From assembly GCA_028534125.1 (NCBI GenBank), contig CM052816.1, positions 2,916,001 to 2,980,000 on the forward strand: a stretch of 64,000 bases of DNA. The letters are read 5' to 3'. Source of the stretch: Lama glama (taxonomy: Eukaryota). A model generated the notes under the pieces. That model searched no databases. It saw nothing but the letters and a program-made list of their open reading frames with translations, and was not told the origin of the DNA. How positions within the stretch are numbered: position 1 is the first letter of the stretch; each line of letters opens with the position of its first letter. The position numbers and the translations under genes are program-made. Below, one piece after another: positions 1 to 11,709 of this stretch.

Positions 1-428
1 GAGATTGGACAAGGCCCCCTAGAAGAAGAGTAGAGGTTGATAAGACTGAGCCAGAAGCACTCCAAGAAGAGGGCAGGGAGAAGAGGGGGATCCACCAAAA
101 GAGAGTGAGGAGGAACAACCAGTGAAGTAGAGAAGAGCCACGATCTGACAACGCAAGACAAATCATTCTATTTATTCTTCTACGGCAAAACTAAATTTTG
201 GAGATTTAATCAGTAAAATGTTTTGTTTTATTTTTGTTTCTCTTTGTCAGAGAGTGATGTTTTCCCCTTCATCACTCTTCTGTTTAAACAAGATCGTGGT
301 GTTCATTCTCTCTGGGAAAGGTAGACACAGAAGAAACACAAAGAGAGATAAAGGTCAACCTTGAGTTTCCAAAAGCAAAAGTCCTAACAAAAATGAATGT
401 TTTGCAGGGAAAAAAAAAACCGTTCAGC

Positions 429-463
<35 letters not shown>

Positions 464-1009
464 GACACAATGAGAAGTAAAGAACTTCTCTGGGAACTGG
501 GCAAGAAGAGTTAGAAGGGATGCCAAATATGTGGACATTTCTGAAGAGCTTCCAAGTTCTAGCAGTTATTGGTGGACAACTTAACAGAGACATTAAGCTT
601 TATAGGTCTCAGTTTCCCCATTTCTGGGAAGGAGCTCTGCATTTGCCACCCCCTTCCCCAGTACAGTCCAAAAGTGAGGGAATGATAGACAGACAGAAAG
701 GCACACACATGAACACACACATGCACAAACACCACTTAAGTCTAGGGATTTGGGAGTAGAAAATATCTATGCCTCATCTTGTGCCTGGGATCCTGGAAGG
801 CTGCAGTTTTGCAGTGGTCCGCGTTCCACCGTGGCATAAGAGCAGTAGACTATAGATGGCTATAAGGATGTGTGGGAAGACAGGTCAATTTTCTCACGAT
901 TTCTAGTGGGACATAGAAATTAGGAGAGAAATAAAGGGAGCCAGGAAATCTGAAAAGTCTCTGCAACAGGAATGAGTGGATATCACAGTGGAATGTCGTA
1001 TAGACACCA

Positions 1010-1386
1010 TGCCAGTCAGGACAGGCTAAGTTGTGCTGCAACAACAAACAACTCCAAAATCTCAGTGGCTTACAACAACAAAATTGTATTTCACGCTCAT
1101 GACACATGTATATAACAGCAGGATGGGAGAGCTCTACTCACTGTAGTCCCTCAAGAACTCAAGCAGCCATCTTGAACATTGCCATGTGCTATGCAGAGAG
1201 AAGCAACTCTAAAGGGTGTGACACCCATAACAAAATGCTTTGTCTAGAAGTTACACATGTGACATCCATAGAGAAATAGACATATGACCCCACCCAGTCT
1301 TAAGGGAGTGAAAAATGTAATCCTACCTGTTCCCAGAAGAGGTAAGACCTGGACATACTTGGCAAACAGCACAACTGACTGCCACA
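1010..1386 (-). mobile_element. Old MaLR solo LTR (MLT1K/L-like)
   Basis: Contains 'gctaagttgtgctgcaacaacaaacaactccaaaatctcagtggcttacaacaacaaaa' and ends '...gactgccaca', resembling MLT1K/L as recalled. Confidence 0.65.
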
Positions 1387-1666
1387 AACCATCTGACTAA
1401 GGACCAAATGCAAACAACTCAGCAGAAGCCATCACAGAGGGGATGACAAATCAGACGGCTGACTATCTTAGCAGAAACCAGTTTTCAATAGTCACCAACG
1501 TAGGATCAAGTGCCCCCCCCACCACAACTCCATGATCTCACGTGAGGCCTTCAGAACCTGGATGTTATCCAGAGATAAGGAAGCAGAGCAGAAAATACTG
1601 ACTTGACTTAGTGTGGCTAGAATGAACTAAAACTGTTTTCTGCTATCAAGAATAGTCTAACCAGGT

Positions 1667-1800
1667 GAGGGGAGGGTATAGCCCAGGGGTAGAGCACATG
1701 CCTAGCATGCATGAGGTCCTGGGTTCCAGCCCCAGTACTGCCATTAAGAAATAAATAAATAAATAGACCTAATTACCTCACCCCCCAAAAAAAATTTTAA
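1667..1800 (+). mobile_element. tRNA-Ala-derived camelid SINE (Vic-1-like)
   Basis: ggggagggtatagcccaggggtagagcacatgcctagcatgcatgaggtcctgggttccagccccagtac, then (taaa)n, 'acctaattacctc' and an A tail. Confidence 0.9.
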
Positions 1801-2114
1801 ATGCAACTGATTAAACACAGAAAGTCTCAAAAATGAGACCAAGTTGAACGATCAAAACCTAATGTGGCACTTTTTTGCACAGCTAATTATTAAATCTACA
1901 CCTTTACTATTAGCAATCTTCATAGGTCAGTTCACATTTTATCTCTTCCATAAAGACTTTCCTGATGGGCCGACCAGGCTGTGATAGTCACTTGATACTC
2001 AGTACACATAGCCTTGCATTGTTAATTACCTTCTATGAATATAGCCCCAACTAGATTGTCACCTCCTTGAAGTCACTGATACTTTCAATTCAACAAGGCT
2101 TTTTTTAGAGCACC

Positions 2115-2654
2115 AGAAAGGTTAGAATTGCTTCCAGCTACAAGTGACAATGGATATGGCTTGCACAACTTCATCATTTAATTCTGTTTCTGGCAATTTC
2201 AGAGATAGTGCAGAGGTTTAGCAATATCAACAGGTACCCAGACTCTATCTTTCAACTCTGCAGTCCTTACCATGTTATCTTTTTATATTTGGCCTTCTTA
2301 CTTCAAGCAATATGGCTGATTTAGCTCCGAACATCACATCTTCAAACAACCACATTTAAGACCGGAAGAAAGGAGCTGACCTCCTCACCATCTCTTTATT
2401 CAGAAGCAAAATCCCTCCCAGAAGACTTCCCTTTGCATCACACTGGCCATAACGTGGTCACATGGCCTCACCTAAACCTCCCTAGCAAATGGGGAATGGG
2501 GTTACCAAAGTAGGTTTAGGCCCTGGACTCGGGGGTGGTTCACATTCCCAGAGTATGCTGCAGCCTGAACAAAATTGGGGGTGAGGGGAGGTCTATAAAC
2601 TTAGTAAAGATTAAGGATCAGCTTCTATGCAAGCAGCCAACAGTGTTTGATACA
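2115..2654 (-). mobile_element. Old MaLR solo LTR (MLT1J-like)
   Basis: Motifs 'gttagaattgcttccagctacaagtgac', 'ccagaagacttccctttgcatcacactggcca', 'cagccaacagtgtttgataca'. Confidence 0.55.
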
Positions 2655-2729
2655 AGCACTACATTCTAGGAATCCTGCTAATCCCCGTTTAGAATACAGA
2701 AATGACTTAGGCAGCTACGATCCACATGT

Positions 2730-2940
2730 CCAGTGGTTAGGAACACAGGCACTGGAGCCAGACCGTCAGGGTTCAACCTGGTTCCCTCACTTGCTAGGTG
2801 TATGACAGTAGAGAAGTCACCTACAAACCTTGCAGGTTCAGCTTCTCAACTGTAAGATAGGGATGATAATAATACTTGCCTTAAAGGATTGCTGTGAGCG
2901 TGGAGCATAGCGCTCAGTAAACAGTCAGTTTAGCTTCTAC
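2730..2940 (+). mobile_element. MIR SINE
   Basis: MIR core 'ggttcagcttctcaactgtaagatagggatgataataatac'. Confidence 0.7.
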
Positions 2941-3169
2941 TGCTATTGGTCTGTTCTGCACGGTAAGCCTGCGTGTTAAGTGCAAGCAACTTGCTAGTGC
3001 TCTTGAAAGATGCTGGGACCCAAATGAGAAGCAATCTCTGCTCTTCCAAAGCTCTCCATTCCCTGCCCTCAAGCCCACTCCTCAGAGTTAACCATTCTTC
3101 ACAGTTTGATGTCTATTCATGTATGTGGATACCCCCTCATGTATTTTTATTAAAATCCTATCATATTAT

Positions 3170-3255
3170 CACTAATTCATTAACTCGCTCAATAAACATT
3201 TACCACTTACTATATGCCAGGGACTGTTCTAGGAGCTGGAAATAAAAGTGAATGA
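3170..3255 (-). mobile_element. L2 3' end remnant (host of the SINE at 3259)
   Basis: 'ttcattaactcgctcaataaacatttaccacttactatatgccagggactgttctagg'. Confidence 0.7.
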
Positions 3256-3258
3256 GAT

Positions 3259-3392
3259 GGGTGGGAAGGATATAGCTCAGTGGTAGAGTGCATGCCTGGC
3301 AAGCACAAGGTCCTGGGTTCAATCCCTAGTACCTCTGTTAAAATAAATAAAAACTAACCTAATTGCCTCACCCCTGCCAAAAAAAATTTTTT
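3259..3392 (+). mobile_element. Vic-1-like SINE with TSD
   Basis: A box 'tagctcagtgg', B box 'ggttcaatcc'; TSD aagtgaatga at 3246-3255 and 3393-3402. Confidence 0.92.
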
Positions 3393-4584
3393 AAGTGAAT
3401 GATACAGACTCTTCAGAAGTATGGTTTGTTCACAATAAAGTCTTCTCATCTTCTTGAAGATTCATTCCTTTCTCATTAATAGCTTTCTGCTGTCCTATTG
3501 CATGATCTTACCAAAATGTATTTCTCTAGTCCCTTTTTAACAGGCATTATGGTTCTAATTTTCTACCATTAATTACATACAAGATCTTGATGAACCTCCT
3601 CTAAATGTATCCTGTGAACACACATGGGGTTTTCTATTGGCTAGCTTCCTGAAGCAGTGTGCTATATCATAATTTTTCCCTTTTCTCCTCAACACCTGGC
3701 ACAGCATTTTACACACAATGGGTGTTTCAACATTTACTTGATGAGCATTCTCCACAAATCATCCTTACTTGATCAAGAACCCCTTGGACATTCTGAATGA
3801 CTTTTTTTTTTTTTTTACGTTTCAATGACAGACTGAATTCATGCATTTAAGTAAATAAAAATATAAAACCTTAATTCTATTTTGTAGGATTTAAGTTATA
3901 ATTCGATCCAGTTTATTAAAAGGCTGTTTTCAGGCTTTCCCACCAACAACTTGGCATTTTTAATATGCTCTCATTATTAATGAAAAAACAAAAAATTGTG
4001 TTTTAAGGAACAAATTTTCAAACTGGCTTTTGAAAGGGTCCCCAGAGAGCTGCTGTGGATAGCTACTGACGTGAAGAAAACCGAACACTTATACTGTGTG
4101 GAATTATCATCTGCATATCCACAGAGGCCCTTCCAGGAGGCTGCTGGGGGACGGGTGCCCGAATTGCATTCGCGCTGTGTGAGGCACAGCAGGAAAGACG
4201 TCTTCTTCCGTGTCTTGCCCTTCTGATGTGGGTGCCAGTAAGTGACATACGAGCACAGTTGGTCTGCTTGTGTTGAATGGGATCAACGTAGGCTATCACT
4301 TACTAACATGTTTATGAAATGTGCACTTTTTTGCGTGTGTCATTGCACAAAGGGGAAGAGAACTTCAAAGGCAAGCAGACCCAAATTTTGTAAAAAGCAT
4401 GTAGGATCAGTAGTGACGTCTGTGAGGGGGCAAAAAAGGTTGTACTTTAGGGAATTTGTGATTTGTGAATTTGGAGGATGAGAGAAAATTCTCCATATTT
4501 GAGAACACAGAAACTAGCAAGAACCAATTAGGTGTATAGAAGTTCAAAGTGGGGGGTGGTGGTGAGTCTGTGAGTGGCTTAGAG

Positions 4585-4790
4585 CAGTGTTTCTCAAACT
4601 TTTTTGACTGCAACCCACAATAAGAAATACATTTGACATCATGCCCTGTGCAGACACACATATATGTGCCACACACACGAAAGTTTCACAAAATAATACC
4701 CTTACAACATGATATTTTCCATCTTATTCCATCCACTTCCATTTTTAATGAGGTTTTTGACCCACTAAATTGATTTCAGGACTCACTAAC
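4585..4790. mobile_element. hAT-Charlie-like DNA transposon remnant
   Basis: Starts with the hAT-type terminus 'cagtgtttctcaaact', followed by 'gacccactaaattgatttc'. Confidence 0.5.
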
Positions 4791-5081
4791 TGATGGTTCA
4801 TTATTATGGATGTTCAGTAGGTATCCACGAAAATTATGGGGAAAAAATCAACTTCATGAAAGATGGGAAACTCAGGCATGTAATCATCACCAACCTCAAG
4901 TTTTAGGCTCACAAAGACCTGGTTTTAGTCCCAGCTCTATCACTAGTCCATAACTTGGGAAAGGTGCTTAAGTTTCATAACCTCAGCTTCTCCATCTGTC
5001 AAATGGGGATAATAATAGTCTCTTTTATACAATAGGCTCTCGGCCATAGCTACCATCACCAACATTAGAAGAATGATGATG

Positions 5082-5251
5082 GCAGGGAGGGCATAGCTCA
5101 GTGGTAGAGTGCATGCTTAGCATGCACAAGGTCCTGGGTTCCATCCCTGGTACCCCCATTAAAGATAAATAACCTAATTGCCTCCACCTTAAAAAAAACC
5201 CACAAAAAACAAAAATAAAACATAAGCAAATTAATTAATTTTTTTTAAAAA
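5082..5251 (+). mobile_element. Vic-1-like SINE with TSD
   Basis: tRNA-Ala(AGC)-like head with anticodon loop ttagcat; TSD agaagaatgatgatg (5067-5081) / agaaggatgatgatg (5252-5266). Confidence 0.92.
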
Positions 5252-5479
5252 AGAAGGATGATGATGACAGTGATGTACTCACTCAGCTTGAAAAATGTCG
5301 CAGATATTTTTCAACAACCCAGGGGAGACCAAGCCCTACAAAGTGCAAGAACCTTCAATGCAGGTATCATTCCATTTACGAACTACACGGTCACCCAAGA
5401 ACAGGTTTTCTAGAAAATGAGCGATCATGTTTTCCAAATCCTAAATGGTATAGTTTATATAAGATAGTGCTAAGACAAG

Positions 5480-5990
5480 TACACATGCAAGGTATGTTCA
5501 CAACAGCACTTCACAATAGCCAAGAGGTGAGACTAGTATTTGTATGACCATCAATGGATGAATGGACAAATACACAGTGGAACACTATTCAGTCATAAAA
5601 AGGAAGAAAGTACTGAAACATACTACAATACGGATGACCTCCAATCTATGCTGAGAGAAAGATGATGGCAGGGAGGGCATAGCTCAGTGGTAGAGTGCCA
5701 AACGAAAGTCACATATTGTATGATCTCATTTATATGAAATATCCAGAATAGATAAAGCCATAGAGACAAAACACAGGCTGATGGTTGCCAGGGGCTGAGA
5801 GGAGGGAGCAGAGAGGGAAAATGCTCAGTGGGTAAGGGGTTTTACTTCAGAGTGATGAGAATCGCTTTGGAACTAGATGGAGGTGGCTGTGGCACAACAT
5901 TTTGAAAGCACTTAATGCCACTGAAACGTTTGCTTTAAAATGCTTGATTTTATGATATGTGGCTTCCACCTCAATAAATTATTTTTCTTA
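5480..5990 (+). mobile_element. L1 (L1MB-like) 3' end
   Basis: 'catcaatggatgaatggacaaa', 'acatattgtatgatctcatttatatgaaatatccagaatag', ending 'cctcaataaa'. Confidence 0.85.
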
Positions 5991-6469
5991 AATGAGAATG
6001 CCTAGTACATAGGAAAATAATAATTATTATTAAATTTTATTATCAGCTCCCTCCGTTTAAATATAGTATCATTACATTATTATTCTTAGAAGATTGGTAC
6101 AGTCCAAAGGCATTGTTTGTCTCAATAACATTCTGAAGAAAAAAAATTCACAAATTCTCCTCAAGAGACAGAAAGAGAAGGCAGCATCTAAAGAAAGCAA
6201 TGTACTTAACAGCTCGCAAAACTCCTGCATGAGCCACACACAAATAAGTGAAAGATGGAGCACCCAGCCCAACTTGAATGTAAAAACATGGCACAAACCT
6301 AAAGGAAGAATGTCTGGGTTCATGAATATTTTTAAAAGGCAGACTTACTCATTGAATCTGGAGATGATAATCATAATGGGGAGATTGCTCTCACGGGACC
6401 GAGACTATTTCAAAAAGCTGAAGGAGAAAAAGAGAGAGATTGAGAGAAAACAAAATAAATTTTTAAAGA

Positions 6470-6655
6470 TTTTTTTTCTTATTGAGATATATGTGACATA
6501 CCACATTTTGTAAGTTTAAGGTGTATGACATATTGATTTGATGCATTTATATTGCATTATAATTGTAGCGTTAGCAAACACCTCTACCCAGGCACATAAT
6601 TATCATCTCTTTTAGTGTGAAAAACAACTAACATCTAGTCTCTCAGCTAGAGTTC
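6470..6655 (-). mobile_element. L1 (L1MA-like) 3' end
   Basis: T-rich tail then 'ttattgagatatatgtgacata...taagtttaaggtgta...atctagtctctcagc'. Confidence 0.7.
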
Positions 6656-6692
6656 AATTTTTTACATTTAATTTTAGAATGGAGTTTTGTGT

Positions 6693-6792
6693 NNNNNNNN
6701 NNNNNNNNNNNNNNNNNNNNNNNNNNNNNNNNNNNNNNNNNNNNNNNNNNNNNNNNNNNNNNNNNNNNNNNNNNNNNNNNNNNNNNNNNNNN
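6693..6792. other. Assembly gap (100 N)
   Basis: Run of exactly 100 N, typical placeholder for a gap of unknown size. Confidence 0.99.
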
Positions 6793-6875
6793 TATATATA
6801 TATATGTATGTGTGTATATATAGTATATATGTATATACACACACACACACACATACATATACATACTTATACACA
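6793..6875. repeat. Compound (TA)n/(CA)n microsatellite
   Basis: Directly visible; abuts the gap. Confidence 0.95.
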
Positions 6876-6985
6876 CTGAAGTTTGAAATTCTCAGAGGGA
6901 ACAAACAAAAGGAAATCATCTATGCAACTGAATGGCCTTCCAATCTTTAGGATCATTTCTCAACCCTTAGAAGTGAATGGGAGGT

Positions 6986-7763
6986 TGTATTAGTTTCCTA
7001 GGTCCATTATAACAAAGTACCACAGACTAGGGGGCTTAAAACAACAGAAATCTATTTCCCCAGAATTCTGGATGGTAGACATCTGAAATCAAGGTGTCAG
7101 AAGGGCCGTGCTCTCTCTAAGACTTTGGGTAGACTCTTCCCTTGCATTTTCCTAGTGTCTTACAGCAGCATTAATCCTTGGTGTTCCTTGGCTTTGCAGA
7201 AAATTAGTAAACAGAAACTTCAATTAAATAGAGTCAGGAGACCAGAAGAGGGAGCTCTCACGCCCTGAGACGATAGCAGAGCCCAACAGGAAGAAGGCTC
7301 TTTTTTCCTGGCAACGACTCAGCCAATGAAAAGCCATGGACTCTGTTTGCCATAGCCCTCCCAACTTCCTTTTCCCCTCTATAACAGAGGTCTCCTTCCC
7401 CTGCTGTGCAGGAACTTGCACATGGCTCTTCATGGTTGCCAACCCCAAACTGCAATTCTTCCCTGATCTTTTCTGGAGAAATAACTGGCAGTCCATTTGA
7501 AGCCAACAGCTTACAACTACATCGTTCAAATCTCTTGCCTCTGTTGTCATGTGACATTCTCCCTGTGTGTCTCCGTCTTCGTATGGCACTTTGCTTTTCT
7601 TATAAGGATACCAGTCATCTTGGGCTAAGACCTACCCTAACAATTTCATCGTAATTTGATTATATCTGCCAAGATCCTATTTCTGAGTAAGGTCACATTC
7701 ACAGGTACCTGGAGTTAAAACTCTAACATATCTTTTGGGTTACACACCATTTAACCCAAAATG
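6986..7763 (-). mobile_element. MLT1C-like MaLR solo LTR, interrupted by an ERV1-type LTR
   Basis: Starts 'tgtattagtttcctagg...aacaaagtaccacagactagggggcttaaaacaacagaaat'; approximate 5-bp TSD gaggt/gagga. Confidence 0.85.
7195..7508 (+). mobile_element. ERV1-type solo LTR
   Basis: TG...CA ends, exact 4-bp TSD gctt (7191-7194, 7509-7512), CCAAT box near 7323 and TATA-like 'ctataa' near 7379. Confidence 0.85.
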
Positions 7764-8543
7764 GAGGAATATGCAAAATAGACTCTAAAGTGAACCTGCA
7801 CACAACTAGGTGCCCACCACTAGGCTTCACTAGAAAGCCCCTGTAACATCAATAGATGTTAACAGGTATGTTTTTTGATGTGATAGTTAGTGTTTGCTAT
7901 ACTTTCACCGAAGTTTTCCTTGTTTCAGCTCACATACATGCTATATGAAACTCTGAAACCTTTCGAAAGTCTTGAGGAGGTACTTGGCCAGCTACTTCCT
8001 GTCTTTCTAAACTGACATTTTCTATGCTGACCCCACTAACCAGCTTCACTCTCATGCCCTCAGGCATCTTTCTAGGGAGGACAGGTTCTAAAGCCACCAG
8101 GTAAGTACATTCAGGTGCAATGAGACAGTCTTGGCCTCAGTCACCTCATACATAAAATGAAGAAAATCATACACCTCCCCTCTTACAAGGTCATTGTGCA
8201 TAAATGAGGTAATACTTGGGAGAACTACACTGAACAAACTGCAAGGGCCCGACAAATGGCAGCTAAGTTCATTGCTATTATTTAAATAAGCTCTACTGTA
8301 TGAAAAGAGATTTAACACATTCTATAGTGACTTTAGGTGAACTCTTAAGTACAGTAGCAAGTAAGCAATTAGGAGGACTCATAAGTGGTCCAGTCAGTTT
8401 TGCAAAATGGAGTTCCCCGTTCATAGATGTGTGGAAACAGAGGCTGTGTCCATCTGCCACAGGATGTTTGCTCTCATCTGAATATAGCAGGATAACACCT
8501 ACCTCACAGGGTTATTACAAAGATTTAAAAATTCACAAAGGAG

Positions 8544-8678
8544 CGGGGAGGGTGGAGCACTTGCCTAGGATCCACAAGGCCCTGGGTTCAATCCCCACTA
8601 CCTCCATTAAAATAACTAACTAAATATATAAACCTAATTACCTCCCCCACAAAACAAACAAACAAACAAACAAACAAA
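8544..8678 (+). mobile_element. Vic-1-like SINE lacking the A box, with (caaa)n tail
   Basis: B box and 'acctaattacctccccc' present; TSD tcacaaaggag at 8533-8543 and 8679-8689. Confidence 0.88.
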
Positions 8679-9239
8679 TCACAAAGGAGAAGGTCATGCT
8701 CAGTGCTTGAAACAGAGAGATGCTCAGGGAATGTTATTAATGTCGCAATCACGTTTGCTACTGGGTCCCCATTAGAGAAGATTGTTACCCAGAATAGACA
8801 GACTGACCAGAAGACTCCCTTCCAACCCTCAGCCGACATGGCCTTCTCAGGAAGACCTATGGCTGAGTATATTTTCCAGTTTACCTAATAAGAATATCTG
8901 CCTCATTAATAAATAAAGAAAGCCTAGGGGTCTAAGAGCTGAGATTTTGAGGGCTCATGAAACTGCTCTGAGATATTCATGACAGCATTGTTTATAAAAA
9001 GTTAAGGCTGGGGAACTAAAACACATAAAATTAGAGAGCTATATAAAAAATTGAAAAAAAAATGGTACATGACTAAGAACACGGGCTTTGGAGCCAGTCA
9101 GCCAGGTTTGAAGCTCCACTCAGCCTTTGGCAAGTTACTCTCCCAGCCACAATTTGCTCTTTTTCGGCAGGTGGTTGCGAGAATTAAAGCAGGCAAAAGT
9201 ACTTAGTGTAGCGCCTGACATAACAACAAGCTTTCAATG

Positions 9240-9277
9240 ATGGTGATGGTGATGATGGTGGTGATGATGGTGGTGGC
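9240..9277. repeat. (TGG/TGA)n microsatellite
   Basis: Directly visible. Confidence 0.85.
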
Positions 9278-9419
9278 ACTAGACCATCATGAAAAATAAT
9301 GTTGTGGGTCCATGTTTTCTTGCTTCATACACAAAACTAGTGCATGCAGCTAACTTTTTTTTTAACGAGGTCAGACAATAGAGAAATGACAATATTTTCA
9401 CCCAGCGATGAAAATTAGC

Positions 9420-10100
9420 ATTACCAGTGGTCATGGTGTACCTCCAGATGTGACACACTGAGACAGATAATCACCCAAGTAGAATTCTGGCCAGGAATAC
9501 ATAATCTGAACATAGTCAAGAGAAAACATCAGATAAGCCCAAACTCAGGGACATTCTAGAAAATACATGGCCTTTATTCTTTCAAAATGTCAGTCATGAA
9601 AGGCAAAGAAAGGCTAGAAAAACTGTTCCAGATTAAAGGAGACGAAAGAGACATGATCAATAAACGTTATATGCGATCCTGGACTCCATTTGGGGCTAGA
9701 GGCAAAAAAAAAAGTGTTATAAAGGACATTATCGGGACAATTGACAAAACTGGAATATGAATTATAGGTAAAAGTATTATATCAATCAACTTTTCTAAAT
9801 TTAGTAACTGCACTGTGGCTATGTAAGAAAGTATCTTTGTTCTTAGGAAATGGGCACTGAGGTATGAAGAAGTGAAGGGGCCTCAAACCATGCAGCCTAC
9901 TGTCATGTGGGCCAAAAAATTAATAATTTTACATATCTGTGTACACATACATACACACAGAGAGAAAACGAGAGAAAGAAAGAATGATAAAGCAAATGTG
10001 GCAAAATGTTTAAAAACAGTGAATTTGGGTAAGGGGTGTTATTCACTATTACTATAGCTAGCAATTTTCCTTAAGTTCAAAATTATTTCAAAGTAAATAG
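9420..10100 (+). mobile_element. Old L1 (L1MC/ME-like) 3' UTR
   Basis: 'aaacatcagataagcccaaactcagggacattctagaaaata', 'gataaagcaaatgtggcaaaatgttt'. Confidence 0.75.
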
Positions 10101-11709
10101 TTTTGTGTGTGTATGTGTGTGTGTGTGTGTTTTTAACCTAAGGTAAGCGAAAGTAATGGGAGCAGAGATGAAGCAAGATTCGCCATAAGTTAATCATTGT
10201 TGAATCTGGTGATGAGAACATGGGGTTTACTACACTCTTTTGCCTACTTTTGTATGTATTTGTTTGTTTTGTGGGGTTTTTTTGGGGTGGGGGATATTTT
10301 TAAATCATCATAAAGTTCCATGAATAAAATGATTGTTTTATAAAATGTGTGTGTGCTCATACATGTGATTGTGGCGTATGTGTGTGCACTGGGGTGATTA
10401 CAGTGTGTGTGCATGTGTATGCACACGAGTGTGAGCACGTATGCACAGAGGTGTACAAGAGAATATTTACCAAAGAGCCCAGAGTGCCTCTTTCTCAGCA
10501 AGGCCACGTAGGAACGGATCTTGGGAAACTTACCCCCTTTTTCCCCAATTTCCCCTTCTGCAAAATGTGAAGGACAGTAGGAACAGCCCCCTCAGGTTAT
10601 TAGTGAAGTTTAAACATGTTAATACATGTAAAGTGCTTAGAACAACGCCTTGCACTGTCTTTACTATTATTTTTTGAGGTAGTAACATCATGGATAATTT
10701 TTGTTGCCTCCTTTACTCCTTTCCTTATTGTCTGAACTTTTTTTTTTAACAGTAATTTCATAGTATGAAAAAAAAAGAACGTTTTTTAATTTTAGCAAAA
10801 TAATGGAAAGAAGGAAGGCAGGGAGGGATGAAGGGAGGAGGAAAGAAAGGAGGGGGAGAGGGAGGGAGGGAGGGAAGACATGGCCTCTAGGGCTAATTCC
10901 AGCTTCCCCTAGAGCTGAAATCTTCACTGAATCATTTTAATTGCTATTATTTGGAGGAGACTTGAGGGGATATTTTTCCCTGGAAAATTAAAAAGTATTT
11001 TGTAATGCAGATGGCCTTTCTCTGGTGTATCTGTCCTATAATTGGGGAATTGGAAGTTTCTTAAAGGCAAATCAAACATGAGTGCCCATCAAGATAAGGG
11101 TATAAGGGTAATCTTTTCCTAATTTTAATTTTGATCGTTTTTAAACACACAAAGGTTGAAAGAACAGTACAATAAATACCTCTGTAGCTGCCACTTAATT
11201 TCAACGATTAACAGTTTTTCATGTTTGCTTTCTCTCTCTCCCTCAACACACATATTTACACACAGATATGTAGATATAGTAAAGATAGGTAGATTTTTTT
11301 TCTTCCCTGAACCAATTAAGTTGCAGGCATCATCCCACTTTGCCCCTAAACAGTTCGGTATGACTCACTTAAGAATGAGGACATTCTCCTGGATAACCAC
11401 AATAGTATTACAAGATAATAGAGATTATATTCTCACATCAGTAAATATTGCCATACAACTATTTATTCATTCCACAAATATTTTTCGAAGACTTGTTATC
11501 AACCAGTCAGTGAGCTGTAGTGATGAACAAAATAAATATGACCTCTGCTCATGGAGTGAGAGATGGATATTTAAAAATAGTCACCCAGATCACTATATAA
11601 TTACAAATGTGGTACCATAAAGGAAAGTGCCACACCGTATTTACTTCAAACTTACATTTGATTATCTATGACTAATAATAACTATGACTAACACTGGTTG
11701 TTGTACCAA

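Noticed and set aside
407..460. A10 and T29 runs around a 13-nt spacer (possible hairpin, terminator or retrocopy tail)
   Set aside because: No TSD or element body; mononucleotide runs are common, and intrinsic terminators do not apply to a mammalian genome.
5082..5160. tRNA-Ala gene
   Set aside because: It has a SINE body, A tail and TSD, with mismatches in the stems; this is a SINE, as are the other seven copies.
6094..6513. 139-aa ORF
   Set aside because: Non-ATG start, no recognisable homology, and it runs into an L1 tail.
11156..11620. Longest ORF in the track (154 aa)
   Set aside because: Non-ATG start; spans degenerate repeat-like sequence; no protein family recognised.
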